DNA of 64,000 bases from an uncultured Pseudomonadota bacterium (GCA_902761535.1 CACWKS010000002.1:142418-206417), one strand, 5' to 3'; counted from the first letter of the stretch, positions 1-10,217 are shown. Notes: a model not told the origin generated them from the letters alone. A program made the numbers and translations.

Positions 1-636
1 GGCAAACTCATCCGGTAATTGATTTATACTTGGTTTAAGCCAGTAATCCCTGTACAATATTGCTTGAGCTCTTTGTGGCGTTATGTTTATAATATCTTCC
101 TTGGGATAATATTTTGAGCTAATACCATAGTTGGTAATTCCGCCTCTATCGTTAGGATGATTAGCAAACCCTCCTTCGTTAAATTTGGTGCGTTGCATAG
201 CATGCTGAAAACGAGTATCACCAAGCATATTATCAATAAACTCTTTAGAGAAATCATTGCCATAAAGAGAATAATCAATCATTTTGCTTGTTTGATTCAC
301 ATCATTTACTATATTTGGCAAAGTATTTTGTGCATACTGCATAGGTTGATTTAAGGTATTTTGCATATTCTCAATATTAGCTTCAATATTGAAGTTGCCA
401 AAACCGTAGTTGTTGGCAGAATTACCCCAAAAGTTTGTGCTATATTGCGGATAGTTTGAAGTTATGCCTTGAGCATTATAATTTTGCATCAGTTGTTTTT
501 CGCGTTGTTGCCGAGTGGCTTGATAGGCTAACTCATCACGCAACGAAAATCCGTTATGATTCACCCCATAACTGTCAATACCGTTATCACCGTTTTGATA
601 GCCTAACGGTGAGATATAATTTCCATACATTTGCAT
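1..636 (-). CDS. Partial gene running off the window edge. Q/N-rich N-terminus followed by a glycoside hydrolase family 108-like (predicted lysozyme / peptidoglycan hydrolase) domain.
   Basis: I translated the minus strand by hand from the ATG at 636 (preceded by aaaggaaaaataaa). The frame stays open to position 1. It reads ...FNEGGFANHPNDRGGITNYGISSKYYPKEDIINITPQRAQAILYRDYWLKP..., which matches the GH108 EGGY.NDP.D.GG.T.YGI signature. The ORF track omits it because it is truncated at the window edge. Confidence 0.6.
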   Translation of the reverse strand, partial: MQMYGNYISPLGYQNGDNGIDSYGVNHNGFSLRDELAYQATRQQREKQLMQNYNAQGITSNYPQYSTNFWGNSANNYGFGNFNIEANIENMQNTLNQPMQYAQNTLPNIVNDVNQTSKMIDYSLYGNDFSKEFIDNMLGDTRFQHAMQRTKFNEGGFANHPNDRGGITNYGISSKYYPKEDIINITPQRAQAILYRDYWLKPSINQLPDEFA

Positions 637-933
637 TTTATTTTTCCTTTCAGTTTACTTATAAAAAAAGAGCCTTGTTTTCAACAAAGCTCTTGGTTGA
701 TAAAAAAATATGGCGATAAAGCAGGCACAAAAAAATCCCGCCATTTTCATGACAGGACTTTTACCCACTCATCCACCATACCTATTTTTCTAACACCTAC
801 CGTCGCTAATGTCAATATACCATCTTGAAATATCCCCAAAAAGTTGAATATATATAACAATTAATTATTTTTTTGTTGTGTAATTAAATTTCATATTGTT
901 AAAGCATTATCTCGTTTTAGTTGTGCTATTTTT

Positions 934-3054
934 TTAAGCCTGATAATTTTGCACACTCTCATCTTTATCAAATAAATAGAGCAGGGTACGCAGAGCCTGT
1001 CCGCGTTTGCTTTGCAATAATTTATCTTTATTGATAATCAGTTGAGTATCTTTATGTGCCACCAATAACAAATGACGATGATAATCCATATTCGCCAAAT
1101 GAAAATCTTCCAACCCGCTTTGGCGTGTTCCCAATATCTCACCGCCGCCGCGTAACTCCAAATCTTTTTCGGCAATCACAAATCCGTCTTCGGTTTGTTT
1201 CATTATATTCAATCTTTCGTAAGCCGTCTCACTCAAATGTCCGCCATACATCAACAAACAAATCGCTTGTTGATTACCTCTTTTCACTCTTCCGCGCAAT
1301 TGGTGCAATTGTGCCAAACCGAAACGTTCGGCATGCTCGATTAGCATAAGAGTTGCCTGCGGTACATTAACACCCACTTCAATCACCGTCGTTGCCACCA
1401 ACAAACGAAGCTCGCCATTTTTGAAACGATTCATAACTTCATTTTTTTCCGCTTCTTTCATTTTGCCGTGAACTAAACCTATCTTATCGCCGAATATCTG
1501 CTGTAAATCGGCAAATCGTGCCTCTGCCGCGGCCAGATCGGATTTTTCGCTTTCTTCAACCAGCGGACAAACCCAGTATGCCATAATTCCGTCATTAATT
1601 TGTTTTTCCAGTCCGCGTATAACTTCAGATAGTTTAGTCAAAGGTATAACTCTGGTATCAACCGGTTTGCGTCCTTCCGGCAGTTTATCGATAACCGAAC
1701 AATCCATATCTCCGTAAGCACTCAAAACCAAAGTTCTGGGAATTGGCGTTGCCGTCATTACCAACACATCAACGTTAATTCCTTTTTGTGATAACTTCAG
1801 CCGTTGTTGCACCCCGAAACGATGTTGTTCGTCAACAATCGCCAAATTCAAATTGTGATAAATCACCTCATTTTGAAATAAAGCATGAGTGCCGATAATA
1901 ATATCAATCTTACCATCAGCCAAATCATTCAAAATTTGCTTGCGTTCTTTGGCTTTGGTTTTTCCGGTCAGTAAAGCAGTCTTTACTCCGATAGTCTCAG
2001 TCATCGGTGCAATAGTTTCATAATGTTGCTGTGCCAAAATTTCGGTCGGTGCCATCAATGCCGCTTGTCCTTTAACCTCTACGGTATTTAACATTGCCAA
2101 CAGAGCTACAATGGTTTTACCTGAACCCACATCGCCTTGTAACAAGCGCATCATTTTATATTCCGAAGCTTGATCTGTATAAATTTCCTGCAAAACTTTT
2201 TCTTGTGCTTCGGTCAATTTAAATGGCAGTTGTTCAACAATCTTTTGGCGCAGGCGACCATCTCCGGAGATCGATTTTCCTTTTATCTTTTTTCGCTCTT
2301 CACGCACAATTCCCAAAGTCAACTGATTAGCCAACAGTTCATCATAGGCCAGTCTGGCACGTTCTTTGGCAAAAGGTTGCAAATCATTTATGGTATTCGG
2401 ATGATGTGCTTTTAATAATGCGTTCTTAAAATTCGGCCATCCTTTTTCTTTTATAAATTGCTCATCAAGCCACTCCGGTAATTCAGGCACTTTTTTCAAA
2501 GCCTGTACCATAAATTTTTCCAGCATTTTATTGGTGATACCGGCAGTCAAAGGATACACCGGTTCGATTTCCGGTATTTCTGCGGCATCACTTTCGTTCA
2601 GTATAAAATCAGGATGCGCCATTTGCAGCTGGTTGTTAAATCTTTCCAATTTGCCGCTAATGATTTTGCTTGCACCGACCGGCAGGTTCTTGAGAATAGA
2701 ATCAGCATACACCTTAAAAAATATCAAAGTCAGTTGTTCGGTATCGTCTTCCACAATCACTCGATAAGGTTGTTGCCGTTTCTTTGGCGGGATATGTTCC
2801 ACAACTTTAACTTTGACAGTACAAATTTTTCCGGCAACGGCATTTTGCAACTTGGGCCGATAACTGCGGTCGATAATATTAGTCGGCAAATGAAATAACA
2901 AATCGATAATTCGTCTTCCGCCCAACAGATTTTCCATATATTTAAGTGTCTTCGGTCCCATACCTTTCAGCGAAGACAAATCAGCAAACAACGGATATAA
3001 AACTTCCGGACGCATCAAACAACCTTTCATTTTTTTTACAAAATAAACTTGCAA
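934..3054 (-). CDS. recG: ATP-dependent DNA helicase RecG
   Basis: 706-aa ORF with helicase motifs GDVGSGKT and DEQHRFGV and a C-terminal RecG-type region. The true start may be the internal Met at about 3015. Confidence 0.9.
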   Translation of the reverse strand: MQVYFVKKMKGCLMRPEVLYPLFADLSSLKGMGPKTLKYMENLLGGRRIIDLLFHLPTNIIDRSYRPKLQNAVAGKICTVKVKVVEHIPPKKRQQPYRVIVEDDTEQLTLIFFKVYADSILKNLPVGASKIISGKLERFNNQLQMAHPDFILNESDAAEIPEIEPVYPLTAGITNKMLEKFMVQALKKVPELPEWLDEQFIKEKGWPNFKNALLKAHHPNTINDLQPFAKERARLAYDELLANQLTLGIVREERKKIKGKSISGDGRLRQKIVEQLPFKLTEAQEKVLQEIYTDQASEYKMMRLLQGDVGSGKTIVALLAMLNTVEVKGQAALMAPTEILAQQHYETIAPMTETIGVKTALLTGKTKAKERKQILNDLADGKIDIIIGTHALFQNEVIYHNLNLAIVDEQHRFGVQQRLKLSQKGINVDVLVMTATPIPRTLVLSAYGDMDCSVIDKLPEGRKPVDTRVIPLTKLSEVIRGLEKQINDGIMAYWVCPLVEESEKSDLAAAEARFADLQQIFGDKIGLVHGKMKEAEKNEVMNRFKNGELRLLVATTVIEVGVNVPQATLMLIEHAERFGLAQLHQLRGRVKRGNQQAICLLMYGGHLSETAYERLNIMKQTEDGFVIAEKDLELRGGGEILGTRQSGLEDFHLANMDYHRHLLLVAHKDTQLIINKDKLLQSKRGQALRTLLYLFDKDESVQNYQA

Positions 3055-3110
3055 ACTTTTTTCTCATTGTATATAGTTTTTTCGCTCAAGTAAATAATAA
3101 GAAAACAATA

Positions 3111-6100
3111 ATGCAGTATAATATTGATAAATATCTCGGGCGTATTGCCGCTTCACTTCCCCAAGGTGCCGATGTTTGCCTTTTGGGGGAGTTTGCACGT
3201 ACCTGTGATTCTGATATCCTTTATATCGTACCAAGCGGAGTGGAATTAGCAAATGCCGCCGATTTGTTGCAATATATGTATCCTGATATCAGGGTATTGC
3301 GTTTTCCGGCTTGGGATACTACACCTTATGATCGTTCTTCTCCCAATAACGAGTTAATTGCCCAACGTGTGGCAACCTTGTCTGAACTTGCTATTAACCC
3401 GTCTGGCTCATCGTGTCGTGTAATTATCGCTTCGGTGGGAGCGATTATGCAAAAACTGCCGCCCAAAAAAGTTTTTATCAATGCCTTGCGTGAAATTAAA
3501 GTCGGCGATAAATTGGTATTTAATGATTTTATTCACTATGCCGCTATGAATGGTTATACACGGGTGGAACAGGTTTTCGAGGCCGGCGAATATGCCCTGC
3601 GTGGCGATATTATAGATATCTTTCCGGTTGGAACTTCCGAGCCTTTACGTATAGACCTGTTTGATGATGAGGTTGAACGTATTCGCACTTTTGATGTTAT
3701 GACTCAACGCACCACCGGTGAATTGACCTCTTATTTGTTTAAGGTAATGAGTGAAGTTGTGCTTGATGATAATACGATTGCCTCTTTTCGTTCGCAATAT
3801 CGTGAGGCTTTCGGTTCGGGCAGTATTGATGATGAAATTTACAATGCCGTTTCATCCAAAAACAAACATATCGGTATGGAAAACTGGTTACCGTTTTTTT
3901 ATGACAATCAGCTTATTACTTTGTTTGATTATTTACCCGCTGCCCAAATCATTTTATCTGATGAAGTTAATGAAGCGATAATTTCCAAAGAAAACAGTAT
4001 TGCTGATTATTATAAAGCACGTCTTGAGGCTTTGAGTATAAAAGCACCTGATGTTGCGGAAACTTATCGTCCGATTGCTCCGGAATTATTATATCTCCGG
4101 GCCAAACAGCTCAATCAAATATTTTCTCACCGTCGTGCCATAAAATTTACTTCGCATAATCTGCCGTCTTCAGGCGATGTTATTGATTGCGAAGCAACAC
4201 CGATGCGTTCTTTTATCGGGGTGCAAAAACAGGAAACCGCCGAACAAACTTATGATGAATTACGTAATTTTTTAAAAGATAATCGTCAATTATCTCGCAT
4301 TATTGCTTGTTATTCTTCCGGCAGTCGTGAAAGAATTTATAATTTATTGAATGAACATAACATAGCTGATTTAATATTGTGCGACACTTGGGCGGAATCT
4401 CTTGCCAATGCCGATAATCATATTGTTTTAACCGTAATGCCTTTACCTCATGGTTTTAAGGGATTTGGACTTTGCTTGCTTGCCGAGGCTGATATTTTGG
4501 GTGAGAAACTCACTCGCCGCAAACCTAAAAAAGCTTCATCTCAAGATTTTATTGCCGATATCTCATCTTTATCTCCCGGCGAATTGGTAGTTCATATCGA
4601 TCACGGTATCGGACGTTTCTTAGGTCTTGAAACTCTTTATGTTGATGGTGCTCCGCATGATTGCCTGAAGATTGAATATGCCGGCAATTCCAAACTGTTT
4701 GTGCCGGTAGAAAATTTAGATGTGTTGTCACGCTATGGCAGTGATGATGCTCTCGCTGAATTGGATACTTTAGGCGGTACTGCTTGGGCGATTAAAAAAG
4801 CTCGGGTTAAAAACAAAATTCGCGATATTGCCGAAAAACTTATCAAAATTGCCGCCGAACGTAAACTTAAAAAAGCCGAAGTTTTTATCCCTCCGGTCGG
4901 AATATATGATGATTTTTGCGCCCGTTTTCCTTATAACGAAACCGATGATCAACAAAATGCCATTGATGATGTAATCGGCGATTTATCAGCCGGAATACCT
5001 ATGGACAGATTAGTCTGCGGTGATGTCGGTTTCGGTAAAACCGAAGTTGCTATGCGTGCCGCTTTTACGGTTGCCGCATCAGGAGCTCAGGTTGCCATAA
5101 TTGTTCCCACTACTTTATTGGCTCGCCAGCATTATTTAAATTTTCAGCAAAGATTTGCCGGTTTTCCGATTAAAATAAAAATGCTGTCCCGTTTAGTATC
5201 CGCCAAAGAATCAGCCGAAGTTATCCAAGGTCTTAAAGATGGTGCGGTTGAAATTGTTATCGGTACTCACGCCTTGCTTTCGCAAAAAATTGAGTTTTGC
5301 AATCTCGGACTTTTGATAATTGATGAGGAGCAACATTTCGGTGTTGCCCATAAAGAAAAAATCAAACAGCTTAAAACCGGCGTTCATGTACTCACCTTAA
5401 CTGCCACCCCCATACCGCGTACTTTGCAGTTATCTTTAACCGGAGTTAAAAATTTGAGCATTATTGCTACTCCTCCGGTTGATCGCCTGGCGGCACGTTC
5501 TTTTGTGATGCCTTTTGATAAGGTAATGATAAAGGAAGCAATTTTGCGTGAAAAAAATCGTGGCGGACAAACCTTTTTCGTCTGTCCGAAAATTGCCGAT
5601 ATTCCTCAAGCCGAAGAAATTTTGCACGAAATTGTACCTCAAGCCAAAGTATTGATTGCTCACGGGCAAATACCGGTCAAACAGCTTGAAGATGTTATGA
5701 ATGATTTTGCCGCAGGGCAGGGTGATATATTGCTTTCCACCACCATTATCGAATCCGGTATTGATATGCCGCAGGTCAATACAATGATAATATATCGTTC
5801 CGATATGTTCGGGCTTGCTCAGCTTTATCAACTTAAAGGTCGTATCGGACGCAGCAAGGTCAGAGGTTATGCTTATTTCACCACTCAACCGAAACATAAG
5901 CTTTCTGAAATTGCCACCAAGCGATTAACCGTATTACAGTCATTAGATACTTTAGGTGCGGGATTTTCTTTGGCCAGTTATGATATGGATATTCGCGGTT
6001 CCGGCAATGTTTTGGGTGAGGAGCAGTCCGGTCATATCAAAGATGTCGGTATTTCCTTGTATCAACATTTGTTGGAAGAAGAGATTACTCGTTTACGTGC

Positions 6101-6584
6101 ATCTTCATCCGGCGAGCAGTCTAAACAAATTCGCGAATGGGCACCGCAAATTGCTATCGGTATCCCGATTATGATTCCTGATGACTATGTACCTGATTTA
6201 GGCTTGCGTTTGGGGTTATATAAGCGTATCGGTGATCTTGAAACCGCGGAAGATGTTGCCGACATGCGCGAGGAATTGATCGATCGTTTTGGTAATCTGC
6301 CTAAAGAAGTTGCCAATCTGTTAGCTGTGGTCGAGATAAAAATTTTGTGTTTAGCTTGCGGCATTGATCGAGTAAATGCCGGTGCCAAAGGTGCTTTAAT
6401 CGGCTTTCGTAACAATGTTTTTGCCGAGCCGGAAAAATTGATGAATATGGCTCTATCCTCTTTTGGCGTGCTCAAAGTTCGCCCTGATCAGCGTCTGTTT
6501 ATTGAAAAAGATTTATCATCTTACGAGATGCGAGTTCAAACCATCAAGCAAACTATCGCCCAAATAGCTGCATTACTCAAATAA
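3111..6584 (+). CDS. mfd: Transcription-repair coupling factor Mfd
   Basis: The ORF track opens this frame at 2946, inside recG, but the N-terminus is likely MQYNIDKYLGRI at 3111. It has UvrB-interaction, RNAP-interaction and superfamily-2 helicase motifs (GDVGFGKTEVA, DEEQHFGV) and a TRCF C-terminal domain. Confidence 0.9.
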   Translation: MQYNIDKYLGRIAASLPQGADVCLLGEFARTCDSDILYIVPSGVELANAADLLQYMYPDIRVLRFPAWDTTPYDRSSPNNELIAQRVATLSELAINPSGSSCRVIIASVGAIMQKLPPKKVFINALREIKVGDKLVFNDFIHYAAMNGYTRVEQVFEAGEYALRGDIIDIFPVGTSEPLRIDLFDDEVERIRTFDVMTQRTTGELTSYLFKVMSEVVLDDNTIASFRSQYREAFGSGSIDDEIYNAVSSKNKHIGMENWLPFFYDNQLITLFDYLPAAQIILSDEVNEAIISKENSIADYYKARLEALSIKAPDVAETYRPIAPELLYLRAKQLNQIFSHRRAIKFTSHNLPSSGDVIDCEATPMRSFIGVQKQETAEQTYDELRNFLKDNRQLSRIIACYSSGSRERIYNLLNEHNIADLILCDTWAESLANADNHIVLTVMPLPHGFKGFGLCLLAEADILGEKLTRRKPKKASSQDFIADISSLSPGELVVHIDHGIGRFLGLETLYVDGAPHDCLKIEYAGNSKLFVPVENLDVLSRYGSDDALAELDTLGGTAWAIKKARVKNKIRDIAEKLIKIAAERKLKKAEVFIPPVGIYDDFCARFPYNETDDQQNAIDDVIGDLSAGIPMDRLVCGDVGFGKTEVAMRAAFTVAASGAQVAIIVPTTLLARQHYLNFQQRFAGFPIKIKMLSRLVSAKESAEVIQGLKDGAVEIVIGTHALLSQKIEFCNLGLLIIDEEQHFGVAHKEKIKQLKTGVHVLTLTATPIPRTLQLSLTGVKNLSIIATPPVDRLAARSFVMPFDKVMIKEAILREKNRGGQTFFVCPKIADIPQAEEILHEIVPQAKVLIAHGQIPVKQLEDVMNDFAAGQGDILLSTTIIESGIDMPQVNTMIIYRSDMFGLAQLYQLKGRIGRSKVRGYAYFTTQPKHKLSEIATKRLTVLQSLDTLGAGFSLASYDMDIRGSGNVLGEEQSGHIKDVGISLYQHLLEEEITRLRASSSGEQSKQIREWAPQIAIGIPIMIPDDYVPDLGLRLGLYKRIGDLETAEDVADMREELIDRFGNLPKEVANLLAVVEIKILCLACGIDRVNAGAKGALIGFRNNVFAEPEKLMNMALSSFGVLKVRPDQRLFIEKDLSSYEMRVQTIKQTIAQIAALLK

Positions 6585-6591
6585 GTATAAA

Positions 6592-6626
6592 AAAACACCG
6601 AGGCTTGATGCTCGGCGTTTTTTTAC
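6592..6626. terminator. Bidirectional rho-independent terminator between mfd (+) and the convergent small gene (-)
   Basis: Hairpin caccgaggc-ttgat-gctcggcg flanked by an A-run upstream and a T-run downstream, so it works on both strands. Confidence 0.6.
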
Positions 6627-6978
6627 TTTTTGTTTTCAGCTCGGTATTTTTTTACCTTGCAGAAGAATAATTCCAAGGCAACACCATAGTTCTCAAGTAT
6701 TGCTACCTTTTGTTGCCACTTTTTAATTTCTGCTTTGCCGGTAGGCTTTTGCGCATAAAGCTGACGCAACTCGTCAATTTTGTGATCAACAAATCTTGAG
6801 TTGGCATCATTAATATCAACAGCCTCCTGCAATTTATACCGCAACAAAGAACAATTTTCCTGGCGGTTGACATTTTGATCCCCGGCAGCAACTTTCATTG
6901 CCAACTCGGTAACTTTTGCAGAATCAATCTTATCACTGCCGAAAACGTCATAAATCTCTTTTAGTGTTACTGTTTTCA
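6623..6978 (-). CDS. Small hypothetical protein, possibly DUF2853-like
   Basis: The ORF track gives 6623..7048. The probable start is MKTVTLKEIYDVFGSD at 6978. I recognise no motif with confidence. Confidence 0.45.
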
Positions 6979-7065
6979 TTTTTGTAATATTATTTATTAA
7001 TAATTTTTTTAGACAACATTTGATATAATACAAAAAGTTAAAAATCAATCAATTTTGTGTAAAAT

Positions 7066-7731
7066 ATGAGCTGGGAAAATAATAAATTTTATGATTTGAA
7101 AATCGGACTTTGGCAAAACGGTCGTGTTGTCTATGAACGTGCCGCCGTCCGTAGCATAAAGGAAAAAAAGGGTATTTATTATTTTGATATTTTTCTCTAT
7201 CGCTGGCAAAAATTATCAACTTATGATCAAGGTTTTATCCAAGATATTTATGATGAGTTGACCGGTAAAAAATATACCGAAATGCAGGATTTTCTCGATG
7301 ATTATATTGGTAAGACCGATTCGGGTAAAACATCTCAAGAAGATTTAACAAAACGTATTAATGATAGCCGCGACATTCTTAAACCTCTGTGGAACGAACT
7401 TTGCCTGATGTTGTTTATGGCTCGTCTGGATATTGATAACGAGCAGTTGAAAGAAAGCGTTATTTATGATTATCTCCAATCCCATCTTATCGAGCCGGAA
7501 AAGGTCACAATCGCTTATGTGCGTAAATATTTGAATAAGGTAAAATTAAGTGTTGATGACTTTTACCAGTCTTTAGCTTATCTTAAAGACCAGAATCCGG
7601 ATAAAATTGCCGAGATTTATCGCACCGTAATGCGTATCTGTTTGTCTGACGGACGTTTGCACTATATTGAAAGGCTTTATTTGGCGGAAATAGTTCAGTT
7701 TTTCCGCCTGCAAAATATCAATCTGCTCTAA
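7066..7731 (+). CDS. Hypothetical protein with a C-terminal TerB-like (tellurite-resistance / DjlA N-domain fold) region
   Basis: The C-terminus ...EIYRTVMRICLSDGRLHYIERLYLAEIVQFFRL resembles the TerB ADG..E..L consensus. Confidence 0.4.
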   Translation: MSWENNKFYDLKIGLWQNGRVVYERAAVRSIKEKKGIYYFDIFLYRWQKLSTYDQGFIQDIYDELTGKKYTEMQDFLDDYIGKTDSGKTSQEDLTKRINDSRDILKPLWNELCLMLFMARLDIDNEQLKESVIYDYLQSHLIEPEKVTIAYVRKYLNKVKLSVDDFYQSLAYLKDQNPDKIAEIYRTVMRICLSDGRLHYIERLYLAEIVQFFRLQNINLL

Positions 7732-7736
7732 AGGAA

Positions 7737-7768
7737 AAGGGCCGTCTCACGACAGCCCTTGTTTTTTC
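7737..7768 (+). terminator. Rho-independent terminator after the TerB-like gene
   Basis: aagggccgtctcacgacagccctt hairpin followed by a T-run. Confidence 0.6.
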
Positions 7769-7778
7769 TTCTCTTTCT

Positions 7779-8084
7779 TTAAAGGAGCTTAAGCAACATC
7801 AAGCGATATTTTTCAAGCTCCCTTGGGGAAACCGGTTCCATCAATAGAGCGAAAGCTTCGCTTAAAGATAAAAACGTCTTAGCCGCCAGCGTCGTGGCCA
7901 AGTCCGGCATCATTCTGAGGGTTGACACCTCATTAAATGCCGAAATTATTTCATTGTTTGTGGCCCTCTTTTTTCTAGCCAACTTAATCATTCTTTTTAG
8001 AAAAGTCGGCCGTTGCGGGCGGTTTTGTTGAAGAGCTCTGTCCCGCTCGCTTAGCGGGAGCTCTTCTGGAGATATGTTTCTCAT
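7779..8084 (-). CDS. Hypothetical protein, 101 aa, downstream member of a GC-rich two-gene pair
   Basis: The ORF overlaps its upstream partner by 4 nt (ATGA-type coupling). It has a basic stretch KRMIKLARKKRATNN. GC is visibly higher than the flanks. I recognise no family. Confidence 0.4.
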   Translation of the reverse strand: MRNISPEELPLSERDRALQQNRPQRPTFLKRMIKLARKKRATNNEIISAFNEVSTLRMMPDLATTLAAKTFLSLSEAFALLMEPVSPRELEKYRLMLLKLL

Positions 8085-8494
8085 CTCACACCTCCTTCCA
8101 CCGCAAGATATTGCGGGAAATTATACACCACCGCTGTCAAAAACAGTGGGTACAATTCGTGCCACTCTGTGGCATCTATATCTTTTGCGGCTTGGAAGAG
8201 CCGCACCGCGGGGGTTTCTTCGGCAATCCTTCTTGGATTTGAACGTTGTTGCCACTTGGTGGATGCAACTAAAAGCCTTGAGCGTTCATGTATTCTCTTT
8301 CTCTTCAAGGCACATTTAGCTGCATAAACTTTACTCCAAGCATCCGTTATGGTGTTGAGACCAAAACCACGGCGCTTTTCATCTCTCACCCAAGTGTCCA
8401 AGTGAAAAATAAGAGCTTGTTTTCTTACATCTTCCTCAGTCGGGAAGCAAAAATTTTTTTCTGCCATTTTTTTATTTGCACTGTTATTAAGCAT
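8081..8494 (-). CDS. Hypothetical protein, about 138 aa, upstream member of a GC-rich two-gene pair
   Basis: The ORF track gives 8081..8605. The probable start is MLNNSANKK at 8494, with an aggag RBS upstream. GC is about 45-57% in sampled 60-nt stretches, against roughly 30-35% in neighbouring genes. Confidence 0.45.
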   Translation of the reverse strand: MLNNSANKKMAEKNFCFPTEEDVRKQALIFHLDTWVRDEKRRGFGLNTITDAWSKVYAAKCALKRKRIHERSRLLVASTKWQQRSNPRRIAEETPAVRLFQAAKDIDATEWHELYPLFLTAVVYNFPQYLAVEGGVR

Positions 8495-8641
8495 CGGCTC
8501 CTCGCTTTTAATAATAAAACTAATAATAAAAATTGTCCTAATTTTAACATTTTTTGTCCAAACCGTCAACCCTAAAAAAACAAAAAAAAGCACTTTCAAC
8601 TCCATGAAAGTGCTTAATGGTTGATTTTTATAGCAATTTAT

Positions 8642-9280
8642 TTATTGCATATTCACCAATACAATTTCGACTCGGCGATTCTGTTCACGTCCTGCCGCAG
8701 TTGCATTGCTGGCAATCGGATTAGATGAGCCCAAACCGGTTGCTTTCAGGCGATTCGCAGCCACACCTTTCAAGCTCAGGAAATCAGCCACGGCATTAGC
8801 GCGTTTTTGCGACAACGGGTTGTTGATGGCATCACTTCCGGTGCTGTCGGTATAGCCGTTAACATAAACAAGCGTCTTATCATATTCGGTCAACACTTTG
8901 GCAATCGAGGTAACCACCGGTTGAAACGATTGTTTAATATAGGCTTCGTTAGTGTCAAAAGTGATGTTCCCCGGCATAACCAAATAAATCTGTCCGTTTT
9001 CTTCTCTGACTTGAACTCCGGTTCCAACCAATTCTTTACGCAATTTAGCCGCTTGATAATCCATATATCCTCCGGTTCCGGCTCCCGCCAAAGCGCCGAC
9101 ACCCGCACCGATTAAAGCACCTTTTTTACCGCCGGCCAAAGCACCGATTCCGGCACCAACTGCAGTTCCGATACCTGTTCCCCAAGTAGTTTTTGCCACT
9201 TTTGATTCGCCGGTATAAGGATCGGTGGCGCAAGCACTCAACATTGCCAAGGCAACCGCTGCACATATCAATTTTTTCAT
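8642..9280 (-). CDS. OmpA-family peptidoglycan-associated lipoprotein with a glycine-zipper region
   Basis: Lipoprotein signal peptide MKKLICAAVALAMLSAC. Gly-rich GxxxG repeats. C-terminal OmpA_C-like domain ending ...NRRVEIVLV. Confidence 0.8.
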   Translation of the reverse strand: MKKLICAAVALAMLSACATDPYTGESKVAKTTWGTGIGTAVGAGIGALAGGKKGALIGAGVGALAGAGTGGYMDYQAAKLRKELVGTGVQVREENGQIYLVMPGNITFDTNEAYIKQSFQPVVTSIAKVLTEYDKTLVYVNGYTDSTGSDAINNPLSQKRANAVADFLSLKGVAANRLKATGLGSSNPIASNATAAGREQNRRVEIVLVNMQ

Positions 9281-9284
9281 TATT

Positions 9285-10208
9285 TTACTCCTCTGGTTGT
9301 TTAATCATTTCATCTGCAGTCGTCACTTTTGCCTCCGGTGCAATCTTCTTTACCAAGCCTGACAACACATTCCCAAAACCGACTTCCGCAAATTCATTTA
9401 CATTGTTGTTAATAATATATTTTATACTCTCCTGCCACTTAACTGTATTGGTAATTTGTTCTTTAAGCAACTGTTTTATTTCATTTATTCCATCATAGGG
9501 GCGGGCGGTCATGTTGCTGATAACTTTGATTTGCGGCACACTGATTTTGGCTTGATTGATAATATCTTCCATCTTATCTGCCGCACTTTGCATCAAAGGC
9601 GAGTGAAAAGCTCCAGATACATTTAAGGCAATAGCTTTGCGAGCTCCTACTTTCAATGCTTCTTCTCCGGCATGAGCAATTTCTTCTTTCCCACCCGATA
9701 TCACAATTTGAGCCGGAGCATTGGAATTGCCTACATAACAGCCGTTCAAAGCCGCAATTTGATTAATCGCAGCATAATCCAAACCGATTATTGCCATCAT
9801 TCCGCCTTGCTGTTGCTCACAAGCCTCCATCATATATTTTCCGCGCAGTTGCAACAATTTTGCCACATCTTCCAAGTCAATTGCTTCAGCTGCACATAAT
9901 GCCGAGTATTCGCCCAAAGAATGTCCGGCCGCAAATTTTATGTTTTGCATGTCAAGCAGCCCCGTATCCTTAAACACTTCAAAATAAGCCATCGATACTG
10001 CCATAATTGCCGGTTGAGCGTTTTCGGTCAGATTGAGTTTTTCGGCATCACCTTCAAACATCAGCTTTGATAAGTTATAATGCAAAGCTTCGTCAACTCG
10101 CTCAAAAACATCTTGGGCAATCGCAAAATTTTCATATAAACTTTTGCCCATTCCGATCTTTTGGGAGCCTTGCCCCGGAAAAATCAATGCTTGTGATTTT
10201 ATTTCCAT
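9285..10208 (-). CDS. fabD: Malonyl-CoA:ACP transacylase
   Basis: GHSLGEYSAL active-site motif and FabD-typical length. Confidence 0.9.
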   Translation of the reverse strand: MEIKSQALIFPGQGSQKIGMGKSLYENFAIAQDVFERVDEALHYNLSKLMFEGDAEKLNLTENAQPAIMAVSMAYFEVFKDTGLLDMQNIKFAAGHSLGEYSALCAAEAIDLEDVAKLLQLRGKYMMEACEQQQGGMMAIIGLDYAAINQIAALNGCYVGNSNAPAQIVISGGKEEIAHAGEEALKVGARKAIALNVSGAFHSPLMQSAADKMEDIINQAKISVPQIKVISNMTARPYDGINEIKQLLKEQITNTVKWQESIKYIINNNVNEFAEVGFGNVLSGLVKKIAPEAKVTTADEMIKQPEE

Positions 10209-10217
10209 GATTTTCTC

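Noticed and set aside
1056-2898. Plus-strand ORFs of 78-97 aa (1056-1349, 2170-2415, 2531-2767, 2614-2898) inside recG
   Set aside because: They are entirely antisense to a well-conserved helicase gene and have low-complexity composition, so they are not called.
2946-3110. ORF-track start of mfd at 2946, overlapping the 5' end of recG on the opposite strand
   Set aside because: The N-terminal 55 codons have no Mfd similarity. A proper N-terminus (MQYNIDKYLGRI) begins at 3111, just after the divergent recG start, so the longer ORF is an artefact of an open frame.
8074-8575. Plus-strand ORFs 8074-8319 and 8288-8575, opposite the GC-rich two-gene islet
   Set aside because: They are antisense to the better-supported minus-strand ORFs, which have an RBS, ATGA coupling and a terminator context. 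The elevated GC simply inflates ORF length on both strands.
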